Origin: Bryobacterales bacterium
GTDB taxonomy: Bacteria > Acidobacteriota > Terriglobia > Bryobacterales > UBA6623
Direction of reading: 5' to 3'
NCBI GenBank assembly: GCA_965214655.1
Contig: OZ243965.1
Location: 3,876,050-3,940,049, forward strand
DNA length: 64,000 nucleotides
Shown here: positions 38,666-47,964 of the stretch, one piece after another
How positions within the stretch are numbered: position 1 is the stretch's first letter
How the letters are laid out: each line of letters begins with the position of its first letter
Translations under genes and position numbers: made by a program
Notes under the pieces: generated by a model
Database searches by the model: none
The model's input: only the letters and a program-made list of their open reading frames with translations
Told to the model about the DNA's origin: nothing

Positions 38666-40129
38666 TTACGGTCTCAAGTCGTAGGCGGCCATCTCGGTCT
38701 GGTTGCGCACGATCAGGTGCCCGTCGGCCAATGCGGGCACGTTCCAGGTCTTTCCGTTCAGCGCCTCGAACCGGACAAGTTCCTGATGGGATTCCGGCGA
38801 TGCCTTGACCAGCGCCAGATCGCCTTGCTCGCTGATGACAATCAGATGCTCCGAGGCGTAGAGCAATTGACCGAAGCGGTAGCGGCCGCCTTTCCAGAGC
38901 CGCTCGCCGGTCCAGACGTCAACGGCGGCCAGAATGCCCTCGTCCAACCCGTAAACGACCCCGTCGACCAGAACCGAAGGGTTGAACTTGTTTTTCATGC
39001 TGCGGCTGAACCACACCTCGCGGGCCGCAAACCCGTTTCCCGAGGCGGTGATCTTGAGCAGCGTTGCGCCGTGACCGTAGCCCGAGGACAGGAAAACGTG
39101 ATTGCCGTCAACGATCAGCGGCTGGGCGCAGTTTGCGTCGTAGTCGGTTTTCCATTCGTGCGCCCACAGCAGCGCGCCGTCTTCGACGCTTGCCCCGAAG
39201 ATGCGCTCTCCGCTGACGATCACGAGTTGGCGGCGGCCGGCCAGAGTCGCCACTTGCGGCGACGTATAGCCTTGCTTGTCATTTTGAGAAGTCCAGCGAA
39301 TCGCGCCGGAGTCGCGGTCGTAAGCGGCGACCGATTTGCCGGCGCGCCCGCCCGGCAGGACAACTACGAAATCGTCGACGATCAGCGGCGCCGCGGCCAT
39401 GCCCCAAGTCAGGTTGACGGCTCCTGCATCGGACAGGATGTTGCGCTTCCAGAGAATGTCCCCGCTGCCGGCGTCGAGGCAATAAAAATCGCCGGCCGCG
39501 CCGAGCGCATAGATTTTTCCGTCATGCCAGGTAGGCGTCGCGCGCGGCCCGTCGCCGCCCATCGATTCGGAAAATCTTGCCCGCCATGCCCGTTCCCAAA
39601 CCTGACGCCCGGTTTCGAAGTCGTAGGCCGCGACGACTTCCCTGTCCCGGCGCTGCTCGATGGTATAAATCTTCCCTTGCGCAATCGCCAGGGAGGCATA
39701 GCCCCCGCCGATTTTCTGCCGCCAAAGCTCGGGCGGCCCCTCTGCGGGCCAATTCGTGTCGATCGGCTGCTCGGCGTATAGGCCCGCCCGGCCCGGGCCG
39801 CGGAATTCGGTCCAGTAGTTTGCAGCAGGTTCGACGGCGGCGCTTGTTGCGGCGGAAGTCTCCGCGGCGGGCTTTGCTGCGACGCCGGACGGAGCTTGCG
39901 GCGCGGCCGCGGCAGGAGCGGGGGCCGCATTCTCCGCCCGGTCGGCCTCGATTTCGCTATAGTGCGATTCGCTGTCCGGCCGCTCGAACACCGGGTAGAA
40001 GCCCGATCCGCTCAGAGTAACCCGGATGCCGGCGACGTTTGCAACGACGATGCCGGCGGCAAGCGCGCCGACCCCGGCAAGCAGGACGATCGGTAGCAAG
40101 CGGCGGCGTCCGGGGCGTTTCGAGGTCAT
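38666..40129 (-). CDS. PQQ-like (BamB-type) beta-propeller repeat protein, membrane-anchored
   Basis: N-terminal TM, then repeated ...G.IYA/V..dG.l.a.D..tG..lW motifs (e.g. GKIYALGAAGDFYCLDAGSGDILW). Confidence 0.75.
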   Translation of the reverse strand: MTSKRPGRRRLLPIVLLAGVGALAAGIVVANVAGIRVTLSGSGFYPVFERPDSESHYSEIEADRAENAAPAPAAAAPQAPSGVAAKPAAETSAATSAAVEPAANYWTEFRGPGRAGLYAEQPIDTNWPAEGPPELWRQKIGGGYASLAIAQGKIYTIEQRRDREVVAAYDFETGRQVWERAWRARFSESMGGDGPRATPTWHDGKIYALGAAGDFYCLDAGSGDILWKRNILSDAGAVNLTWGMAAAPLIVDDFVVVLPGGRAGKSVAAYDRDSGAIRWTSQNDKQGYTSPQVATLAGRRQLVIVSGERIFGASVEDGALLWAHEWKTDYDANCAQPLIVDGNHVFLSSGYGHGATLLKITASGNGFAAREVWFSRSMKNKFNPSVLVDGVVYGLDEGILAAVDVWTGERLWKGGRYRFGQLLYASEHLIVISEQGDLALVKASPESHQELVRFEALNGKTWNVPALADGHLIVRNQTEMAAYDLRP

Positions 40130-40274
40130 TACCCTCTATTGTGGCGGTTCGCCGCCGAATGTCGAGCGCGAAATGACGGAATCGTTGCGCAGCGGCCGCA
40201 AAGGGCGCAGGCTCGCGGCTCTTGGTTATCCGTAATCCGCCGGCGCGGCGGCAAGCCGCCGCCGCTCGCCGCGC

Positions 40275-41948
40275 TCAGCGGACAAAGCGTTGCGCGATCG
40301 GAAACCGCCGCCCGATGCCGAACGCCTTCGACGTTACGCGCAGGCCGGGAGCCGCCTGTTGCCGCTTGTATTCGTTGCGGTCGACCTTGCGCGTAATGCC
40401 GGCTACGAGATCGAGCGGAAGGTCGAGCCGCTCGGCGATCTTCGACGCCTCGAAATTCTCTTCCACGTAAAGCTGCAAGATCGGGTCCAGCAGTTCATAC
40501 GGCGGGAGCGAATCGGTGTCTTTCTGGTCCGGACGCAACTCGGCGGACGGAGGCTTGGTGAGCACCGAATCGGAAATTGCTCCGGGATGCCTTTTGTTCG
40601 CCTCATGCGCCAAAAGGTAGACCAAGGTCTTGGGGACGTCGCTGATAACCGCCAATCCTCCGCACATATCGCCGTAGAGCGTGCAGTAGCCGACGGCCAG
40701 CTCGCTCTTGTTTCCGGTCGTCAGCACCAGACCGCCGAACTTGTTGGAAAGGGTCATCAGCGTATTCCCGCGCAGGCGGGCCTGGAGATTCTCTTCCGCG
40801 ATGTTCCGCTCAGCGCCTTGGAACAGCTTCGCGAGCATCGCCTCGAAGCCGCGGTAAACGCCGTTGATATCCAGCACCTCGAAACGGATGCCCAAGGTCT
40901 CGGCGGTATGGCGCGCATCGATCACGCTGCCCGCGGAGGAATAGGGGCCCGGCATGGCCACCCCCGTCACGTTCTCGGCGCCGAGCGCATCCGTTGCGAG
41001 GACAACGGTCAGGGCCGAGTCGATCCCCCCGCTGAGGCCGACGATCGCCTTGCTGAATCCGCACTTGCGAACATAATCCCGGACGCCGAGCACAAGCGCG
41101 TCGTAAACCGCTCGATGCTCGGCCGGAGAGCCCGCTTCGGGCCACTGTTGCCCATGAAAGGCATCCGCCCGGCCCGGTTCCCCCGGTTCCCAGAAAATGA
41201 GATCTTCCGCGAAAGAATCGGCGCGGGCGGCCAGAGCGCCTCCGGCGTCAACGGCAAAGCTCGATCCGTCGAAGACCAGATGGTCGTTGCCGCCGACTTG
41301 ATTGACCATGGCCGCCGGAACTCCGTGCCGCCGCGCCGCGGCGCGGATCATCTCCAGCCGCAGACCGCGCTTGCGCATGTGGTACGGCGATGCGGAAATG
41401 TTGACCAGAATGTCGATCCCTTTGGCGGCGAGCTCTTCGACCGGGTCGCGGGCGTACAACGAGCGTTCCCAAAACTGCTTGTCGTTCCAGGCGTCCTCGC
41501 AGATCGTGATGCCGACCCGCCGGCCCTTGACCGCGCACACGGCCTGCTCGGCGGCGGGAGAGAAATGGCGCTGCTCGTCGAAAACGTCGTAAGTGGGAAG
41601 CAGCATCTTCTGTTGGCGGAATGCGACCGCGCCGTCCGCCAGATACGCCGCGCAATTGCCGGCTTCGCGCGGGCCGGGAGTCAGGGAGAGTCCGGCGTAG
41701 CCTACGATCAAGCCGGCGCCGAGGCCGCGCGTCATCTCCGCGAGGCGTTGCAATTGCTCCTCGCCGCCTTGCAGGAAAGCGGTTACGTTCACCAGATCCC
41801 GCGGAGGATACCCGCTCAGGCACAACTCCGGGAAGACGACCAGATCCGCGCCCTGTGCGTCGGCCCGCCGGGCGAAATCGAAGATGCGGGCGGCATTGCC
41901 CCGGAGATCTCCCACGGTGGGATCAATCTGCGCCAACGCCAGCTTCAT
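40275..41948 (-). CDS. nadE: Glutamine-dependent NAD+ synthetase
   Basis: N-terminal CN-hydrolase domain (MKLALAQIDPTVGD...FPEL...ICED). C-terminal NAD synthetase domain with SGGIDS P-loop. Confidence 0.9.
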   Translation of the reverse strand: MKLALAQIDPTVGDLRGNAARIFDFARRADAQGADLVVFPELCLSGYPPRDLVNVTAFLQGGEEQLQRLAEMTRGLGAGLIVGYAGLSLTPGPREAGNCAAYLADGAVAFRQQKMLLPTYDVFDEQRHFSPAAEQAVCAVKGRRVGITICEDAWNDKQFWERSLYARDPVEELAAKGIDILVNISASPYHMRKRGLRLEMIRAAARRHGVPAAMVNQVGGNDHLVFDGSSFAVDAGGALAARADSFAEDLIFWEPGEPGRADAFHGQQWPEAGSPAEHRAVYDALVLGVRDYVRKCGFSKAIVGLSGGIDSALTVVLATDALGAENVTGVAMPGPYSSAGSVIDARHTAETLGIRFEVLDINGVYRGFEAMLAKLFQGAERNIAEENLQARLRGNTLMTLSNKFGGLVLTTGNKSELAVGYCTLYGDMCGGLAVISDVPKTLVYLLAHEANKRHPGAISDSVLTKPPSAELRPDQKDTDSLPPYELLDPILQLYVEENFEASKIAERLDLPLDLVAGITRKVDRNEYKRQQAAPGLRVTSKAFGIGRRFPIAQRFVR

Positions 41949-41987
41949 GCGCTTCTGTTTCTGAGTTTAGCGGCCGGCGGCGCGCCG

Positions 41988-42932
41988 TCAGGGTCCCGGC
42001 TGCGTTTCCCGCTCGGCCGTGAATCGGCGCGCTTCCTGCATGGAAATTTTCAGCGGGCCTTTTGCTCGTTGATCGATCTCCAATTCGATAGCGGAGGAAG
42101 AATTTCGAGAGACGATAAAAAGAGTCTCCGGCTCGAGCACGGTTTCGCTCGACCCCTCGACCGAGGCCCGCGTGTAATTCGCCGGCAGGGCCGCCCGGAC
42201 GTCTTTTGCCGCCGCTCGCAGCGCGCCCGCATCGATCCTGCCGTGCGCCGCCGCCAGTTTCTCCGCGTCGGCGCCGTAAATCTGACGAAGCTCCAGGCAT
42301 TGCCGCCGCCCGCAACTCTTCAACTCGCTGACTTCCGTAATGACGTATAGCGGAATCGTTCCGCCGTAGGGCAGGGCATAAGCCCTCGCCGACGCCTGAG
42401 CCGTTCCGGGCGTGAACGTCTTGCCGATGAATTCTTCGTACCGTTCCCTGTGCTGCGCCTCGTCACGGAGACGAATCGAGCGATAGTTCAGCAACGGCGC
42501 CATGGCTTGCGAAAGGGCCGGCGGGAACTTCGTTTTCAGCGCATCGGCCAGCTTTTCGTAACCCGTGATCTCCAGCAGCTTGCCGTCTGCGTCGAGTCGA
42601 TACGTCAACTCGAGATCCACCATTGCAGCGAACAACGGGCTGGCGATAGGGTGGCCCTCATGCTCGAATCCGGCGGACAAGACGGTTACGGCATTCGCGA
42701 AACCATTTTCCGTCCGGTGCGCGACGATTCGCGACTTCGTCCTGCTGACGTCGGTCTTCGGTTCCTTTTCTCCGATGGCGGCGGTTCGCGTCACGATGCT
42801 CGCGTTGACGAACGCCTCTCCATCGTCCGGGGCATAGCGAACCCGGACAGGCTCGGCGGCGAAAGCTGCGGCGACTCCGGCGGCGGCGACCGGGAAGAGC
42901 AGAATCCCTTTGCGAAGCACGGTTGGCGCCAT
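41988..42932 (-). CDS. Hypothetical secreted protein
   Basis: Signal-peptide-like N-terminus (ILLFPVAAAGVAAAFAA). No family recognised. Confidence 0.5.
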   Translation of the reverse strand: MAPTVLRKGILLFPVAAAGVAAAFAAEPVRVRYAPDDGEAFVNASIVTRTAAIGEKEPKTDVSRTKSRIVAHRTENGFANAVTVLSAGFEHEGHPIASPLFAAMVDLELTYRLDADGKLLEITGYEKLADALKTKFPPALSQAMAPLLNYRSIRLRDEAQHRERYEEFIGKTFTPGTAQASARAYALPYGGTIPLYVITEVSELKSCGRRQCLELRQIYGADAEKLAAAHGRIDAGALRAAAKDVRAALPANYTRASVEGSSETVLEPETLFIVSRNSSSAIELEIDQRAKGPLKISMQEARRFTAERETQPGP

Positions 42933-43001
42933 TGCAAAGCAGCCCGAAAAAACCCGCTCGCGGCGAAGAACGACCGCTTTTGACCGGGGATCGAGCAGCC
43001 G

Positions 43002-44222
43002 CTAGAAAGTGTGCCCGTCGTTCAGCACCAGCCTGAACGGAGCTTTCGTCAGCGACGTCGCCACGCCGTCGATGGTGAGCTTGCTGCCCGACCTGACGCC
43101 GGTGCGCCTGCGGTTTTCGAGATTGAGCACGACTTCGGTCGCGGCTCCCGGCTCGCTTGTCAGGTTGATCGTCGCGGGCCGCTCCGGCGGCGACGCGGAC
43201 ACCACGTAGAGGTTCATCTTGGGCGTCAGCTTGCCCCTGAGATCGCCCCAAACGGCATCGCCGCCGGCGCCGGTCAACGCCGCCTTGAGGTCGATGTACT
43301 TGTAGAGCAGCGGGTCTTCCGCGCGGGCCTTTTGCTCAGCCTCGAACGCCAATTCGGCTTTCGACTTGAAGTTGAGATCTTCGGTTGGAAACGCCGAAGC
43401 CTTGGCCATGGCCTCGAGACGCGGCCAATATTCGTTCAATCCCGTTTCGCCGGCGTATCCTTCCAGCAAATTCTTCACGTAGTCCGCGATTTGCCGGCGG
43501 CCTTCGGGCGGCATCGCGTTCGGGCCGTCGTATACCGCCGCGCGGGCGAAGGAGAACATCGCCAGATCGTTCTTCTTCACGTCTTTCTGTTTCAGCACTA
43601 CGTCGCCCAGCCAGTAGGAAACCTGCGCCTGAGTCGGGTCGATTTTCAGCGACTTCGTGAAGGACTCTTCGGCCGCGGCATTGTCCTTTCTCTGCATCTC
43701 GGCCCAGCCGGTCGTCTTGTGCGCCAGCGCTTCGGCCTGCTTGCGGGCGTTGTCCCACGCCTCTTGCGGGACCTTGTCGGGCTTGGAGGCAAACTGCTTG
43801 TCCATTCCGGCGAGCATACCCTGCGAAGCTTTGGAGGCGGCGTCGAGCGTAGCGGCGTCCGCCTTGCCGAGGTACGGGCTCAGCAGAGTGATGGCGTAGT
43901 TGGCGGTAAAGTCTCCGGGAACCTTTTCGAGCAGTTCCTTGGCCGTCTCCACGGCCTTCTCGCTCTGGTTGGTCTTCTGGTAGCTGTCCAGATAGAACTG
44001 CGTGCGTTCGACGTGCCAATCCGATTCGGGATACTTCTCGGTCCACTCATCCAGCAGCGCAAGCTTCCTGGTCAAGTCGGCTTCCGCGTAGACTTTGGAC
44101 ATCACGTCGTATTCGCCGCGGTCCTTGTATTCCTTTTCCGCTTGCGGATACGGAACGGCGACTGCGGCCACCATGACCAGCAGGCACGTCGTAACGGCGA
44201 AGGGGGTAATTTTTCTCAACAT
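43002..44222 (-). CDS. Hypothetical secreted protein, TPR-like helical repeats
   Basis: Signal peptide MLRKITPFAVTTCLLVMVAAVAV. Helical-repeat-like composition. No specific family recognised. Confidence 0.55.
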   Translation of the reverse strand: MLRKITPFAVTTCLLVMVAAVAVPYPQAEKEYKDRGEYDVMSKVYAEADLTRKLALLDEWTEKYPESDWHVERTQFYLDSYQKTNQSEKAVETAKELLEKVPGDFTANYAITLLSPYLGKADAATLDAASKASQGMLAGMDKQFASKPDKVPQEAWDNARKQAEALAHKTTGWAEMQRKDNAAAEESFTKSLKIDPTQAQVSYWLGDVVLKQKDVKKNDLAMFSFARAAVYDGPNAMPPEGRRQIADYVKNLLEGYAGETGLNEYWPRLEAMAKASAFPTEDLNFKSKAELAFEAEQKARAEDPLLYKYIDLKAALTGAGGDAVWGDLRGKLTPKMNLYVVSASPPERPATINLTSEPGAATEVVLNLENRRRTGVRSGSKLTIDGVATSLTKAPFRLVLNDGHTF

Positions 44223-44343
44223 ACCGGTTCGTCTCCCAAATTTCCGTGTCGATGGCGTTTCCCTCCATCATCGCACGGATGAGTGCAGCAGGACTAACCG
44301 GCAAGTATATAAACAAACACGCCCGGATGCAAGAGGCAGCCTT

Positions 44344-44402
44344 TTCCAATGAGAGATGAGCCTGAAGAGGGGGGCGGTTTCCAACGAGAGATGAGCCTGA
44401 AG
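44344..44402 (+). repeat. Two direct copies of the IS terminal motif (left end of copy 2)
   Basis: Read directly from the sequence. Confidence 0.85.
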
Positions 44403-44436
44403 GGGCGAGAGAGCGGGATGTGGGAATCATCGGAGG

Positions 44437-45684
44437 GTGATCTTGCATTTGGAGTTGGAGACGCACAGGACGTTGGAGCAGGTGCGGTTGTTTGTGGAGG
44501 GCAGCGCGGGGACAGCGGCGCTGGCGCCACAGCGGGAAGCGGCCTACAGGCACATCGGGAGCGTGTTGGCGCGTTTTGGCTACTGGCGGCTGGGCAAGGC
44601 GGAGCGGGGTCTGCTGCGCCGCTACTTGCAGCGCACGACGGGCCTGAGCCGGGCGCAGTTGGCGCGGCTGATCGCGCGCTACCTGGCGCAGGGGGAGTTG
44701 CGCGATCGACGGCAGAGGCCGGCCAAGCCCTTCGTGCGACGCTATACACGGGAGGATATCGTGCTGCTGGCGGAAACGGACGAAGTGCATGGCAGGTTAT
44801 CCGGGCCGGCCACGCGCAAGCTCTGCGAGCGCGCCTGGAAAGTGTTCGGCGACGTTCGTTTCGAGCGCCTGGCAGGCATCTCCAACGGGCACTTGTACAA
44901 CCTGCGGCAGACGTGCATCTACACCCGCAAGTATGTCGCGCCGCAGCGCACGCGGCCCGTCGCGGTGGCCCTCGGCGAGCGCCGCCGCCCGCGCCCGCAA
45001 GGCCGGCCGGGCTTCCTGCGGGTCGACTCGGTGCATCAGGGAGATCGCGATAAAGTCAAAGGGGTCTATCACCTGAACCTGGTTGATGAAGTAACTCAGT
45101 ACCAGTACATCGGCAGTTGCCAGAAGATCAGCGAGCGCTACCTGCTGCCGCTGCTGGAGGCGCTGTTGCAGAGCTTCCCTTTCTCCGTGCGCGGCTTCCA
45201 CTCTGACAACGGTTCGGAATACGTCAACCACACAGTGGCCGCGCTACTGCAAAAACTGCACGTCGGAGAGTTCACCAAATCGCGCCCGCGGCGCAGCAAC
45301 GACAATGCCCTGGTGGAGGCGAAGAACGGCGCAGTGGTGCGCAAACATCTGGGCTACGGGCACATCCCCGCCCGCCATGGCGGGCGCTTGGATAGCTTCA
45401 ACCGCACCGTCTTGTCCCCCTACCTGAATTATCACCGGCCCTGCTTGTTCCCCAGCGAAACAGTCGATGCCAAGGGGCGGGTGCGCAAGCGCTACCGCCA
45501 ACAGGACGTGATGACGCCTTATGAAAAACTCAAGTCGCTGCCCCAAGCGGAAAGCTACCTGCGCCCTGGGATAAGCTTCGTCATGCTCGATGCCGAGGCC
45601 AACGCGCTCAGCGACATGGCAGCTGCGCGCCGGCTCAACGAGGCGCGGGACGCGCTCTTCCGGCAGATCCGCGCCGCCGCTTGA
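44437..45684 (+). CDS. DDE transposase with integrase-core (rve) domain, paralogue of 5968..7212
   Basis: 415 aa. Shares blocks such as RGFHSDNGSE and TKSR.RRSNDNALVE.KNGAVVRK with copy 1. Confidence 0.85.
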   Translation: MILHLELETHRTLEQVRLFVEGSAGTAALAPQREAAYRHIGSVLARFGYWRLGKAERGLLRRYLQRTTGLSRAQLARLIARYLAQGELRDRRQRPAKPFVRRYTREDIVLLAETDEVHGRLSGPATRKLCERAWKVFGDVRFERLAGISNGHLYNLRQTCIYTRKYVAPQRTRPVAVALGERRRPRPQGRPGFLRVDSVHQGDRDKVKGVYHLNLVDEVTQYQYIGSCQKISERYLLPLLEALLQSFPFSVRGFHSDNGSEYVNHTVAALLQKLHVGEFTKSRPRRSNDNALVEAKNGAVVRKHLGYGHIPARHGGRLDSFNRTVLSPYLNYHRPCLFPSETVDAKGRVRKRYRQQDVMTPYEKLKSLPQAESYLRPGISFVMLDAEANALSDMAAARRLNEARDALFRQIRAAA

Positions 45685-45694
45685 GCATGCCCGC

Positions 45695-45719
45695 CCTCAG
45701 GCTCATCTCTCATTGGAAA
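45695..45719 (+). repeat. Inner right inverted copy of the IS motif (copy 2)
   Basis: CCTCAGGCTCATCTCTCATTGGAAA, read directly. Confidence 0.8.
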
Positions 45720-45818
45720 GTGTTGCCGCCCCCCCACCGCGTTGACCCACAAGTGCGCGCTGCGCGCTGAGAAAAACGCTATACTCCAGTAGTTCCCACT
45801 CCTCCTCTCACTCTCCAG

Positions 45819-45843
45819 CTTCAGGCTCATCTTTATATTGGAA
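45819..45843 (+). repeat. Outer right inverted copy of the IS motif (copy 2)
   Basis: CTTCAGGCTCATCTTTATATTGGAA, read directly. Confidence 0.8.
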
Positions 45844-45976
45844 ACAACTGAGGCATCGCCGCCCTGCGGCGCTCTTGCCTCCGCTGATTTTCCACTCTCA
45901 GCGGCCGCTCTCCACCGGCTGCGCGGCTGCTCATCCGTCTGCTACAATCCACGATTCCCGCGGGGGTTCCTGTTTC

Positions 45977-47449
45977 TTGCCGGATCGTATCCTGGATCTC
46001 GCCATCGTCGCGGGATACCTCGTCGCCGTCACCGTTTTCGGTTCTCGCTTCCGGCATTCGCAGAAATCGCTGAAGGACTATTTTCTGGGCGGACGGGACA
46101 CTCCCTGGTGGGCGATTTCGCTGTCGATCGTCGCCGCCGAAACCAGCACCTTGACCATCATCGGCACCCCGGCTCTGGCCTTCGGCTCCGATCTCGGGTT
46201 TCTCCAGCTTGTTTTCGGCTATCTGCTCGCGCGGATATTCGTTTCGCTGGTCTTTATCCCCGCCTACAGGCGCGGCGAAATGTACACCGCCTACGAGTTG
46301 ATCCGGCGCAGATTCGGCGAGGGGCTGCGCCGCTTCACCGCCGGAACTTTTTTGATTACGCGTGCTTTGGCGGAAGGAGTGCGCGTGTTCGCCATCTCCA
46401 TCGTGGTGTCCGTCGTGCTCGGCACCGGCGATACCGTCTCGATCGTAATCATTACCCTGCTCACGCTGCTGTACACCTTTCACGGCGGCATGACCGCCGT
46501 TATCTGGACCGACGTTGTCCAAATGCTCCTCTACGTTTCGGGCGCGCTGCTGAGTTTTTGGATGGTGCTGGCGAATATCCCCGGGGGATGGGACGCCGCC
46601 GCGCCGCTCGCTTCGGCTGCCGGCAAATTCCGCATTCTGCACTTGGAAACCTGGGTATCCGATCCCGGTTTCTTCAGCGAAACCTACACGTTCTGGGCAG
46701 GCGTTTTGGGCGGCTGCTTCCTGAGCACGGCGACGCACGGCACCGACCAATTGGTCGTCCAGCGCCTCCTCGCCGCGCGCACCGAAGCCGAAAGCAAGGC
46801 CGCGCTGCTGGCGAGCTGGGTCGTGATTTTTTTGCAGTTCACGCTTTTTTTGCTGATCGGGGTTCTATTGTTCGTCTTCTACCAACAAAACGGTCTGACG
46901 GCTCCGGAACGGCTGGACCGGCTCTATCCCAGTTTCGTCTGGAACTTTCTGCCGCCCGCGGTATCGGGCGTCGTCATTGCCGCCATTCTTGCCGCCGCAA
47001 TGTCGAACATCAGCGCCGCGCTGAACTCGCTGGCATCGACGACCGTCATGGACTTCTATATTCCCTTGACCGGCCAGAGCGGCAAGGCGCAAAACAAACT
47101 GCTGGGCGTTTCTCGAATCGCGACTCTGTTTTGGGGCGCCGTTTTGCTCGGCATCGGCATCGCGGCGGGGCGCCTCAGTCAGTCGGTGCTCGAAGACGGG
47201 TTGGCCATCGCCTCCGTGCCGCTGGGAGCGATGCTGGGCGTTTTCAGCCTCGGCGTGTTCACCAAAAGCACGTCGCAAACCGCCGCCGGCGTGGGCATGG
47301 GCGCAGGCTTCGCCGCGATTGGATACGTTACATTTGCAACGTCCATCGCCTGGACCTGGTACGTGGTAATCGGCGCGACAGTTACTTATCTGGTCGGTCT
47401 GCTGGCGTCGAGAATTTTCGCTTCCGGCCCTCCTCCGCGCGCCGCATAG
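45977..47449 (+). CDS. Sodium:solute symporter (SSS) family transporter
   Basis: In-frame TTG at 45977 gives (M)PDRILDLAIVAGYLVAVTVFGSRF..., a typical SSS N-terminus. The earlier part of track ORF 45875.. lies just after the IS end and is unlikely to be coding. Confidence 0.8.
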   Translation: MPDRILDLAIVAGYLVAVTVFGSRFRHSQKSLKDYFLGGRDTPWWAISLSIVAAETSTLTIIGTPALAFGSDLGFLQLVFGYLLARIFVSLVFIPAYRRGEMYTAYELIRRRFGEGLRRFTAGTFLITRALAEGVRVFAISIVVSVVLGTGDTVSIVIITLLTLLYTFHGGMTAVIWTDVVQMLLYVSGALLSFWMVLANIPGGWDAAAPLASAAGKFRILHLETWVSDPGFFSETYTFWAGVLGGCFLSTATHGTDQLVVQRLLAARTEAESKAALLASWVVIFLQFTLFLLIGVLLFVFYQQNGLTAPERLDRLYPSFVWNFLPPAVSGVVIAAILAAAMSNISAALNSLASTTVMDFYIPLTGQSGKAQNKLLGVSRIATLFWGAVLLGIGIAAGRLSQSVLEDGLAIASVPLGAMLGVFSLGVFTKSTSQTAAGVGMGAGFAAIGYVTFATSIAWTWYVVIGATVTYLVGLLASRIFASGPPPRAA

Positions 47450-47597
47450 GAAATCGAAGCTGCCGAAAGCCGATTTCTTGCCGCCGCGGAATCTCGCCTG
47501 CGCAACCCCGATGTGCGCTGCGGCAGGTCGAATGCCGTCCGCCGTTTACCGCTGCGCGGAGGCATTTCCCATTCGTTCCATTTGGCGACAAAAATTC

Positions 47598-47627
47598 TTG
47601 ATTTTGTGAATTGCCCTTTGCTATAAA
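47598..47627 (+). promoter_or_regulatory. Candidate sigma70-type promoter (TTGATT-N18-TATAAA)
   Basis: Read directly in an AT-richer 320-bp intergenic region, about 145 nt upstream of the small ORF at 47771. The spacing is slightly long. Confidence 0.3.
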
Positions 47628-47770
47628 TTCAATTGAGAACCAAAGGATTCGATCCGGGTTCCAATTGCAGGACGGTTTCGGTCTTCGCTGCATGATTGGA
47701 AGAGTTGGAAGTGAGGCCGAGGCGCGCTGCAAACGAAAACCGATTTTACAATCAGGAGGTTGAAATCAAG

Positions 47771-47941
47771 ATGGACGTCAGCAAGATCATCGCGGAGTTG
47801 CGCAGTGAGCGCGAGCAGATCGAAGAAGCGATCGAGGTGTTGGAGCGGCTCGCGCAGGGAAGAGGCAAGCGCCGCGGCCGTCGGCCCGCGTGGATGAAAG
47901 AGGCCGAAGACCGCCGCAAAGCCAAGGAAAGCACGAAGTAG
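47771..47941 (+). CDS. Small (56 aa) helical, highly charged protein of unknown function
   Basis: AGGAGG lies 10 nt upstream of ATG 47771. Sequence: MDVSKIIAELRSEREQIEEAIEVLERLAQGRGKRRGRRPAWMKEAEDRRKAKESTK. Confidence 0.45.
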   Translation: MDVSKIIAELRSEREQIEEAIEVLERLAQGRGKRRGRRPAWMKEAEDRRKAKESTK

Positions 47942-47964
47942 GAGTTGTCATCCGCGCCGGGCCG

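Larger units (their letters stand above)
44344..45843 (+). mobile_element. Insertion sequence copy 2 (same family as 5868..7350, diverged), with two motif copies at each end
   Basis: The motif TTCCAA(T/C)GAGAGATGAGCCTGAAG lies at 44344..44367 and 44379..44402. Inverted copies lie at 45695..45719 and 45819..45843. The transposase ORF sits between them. Confidence 0.8.
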
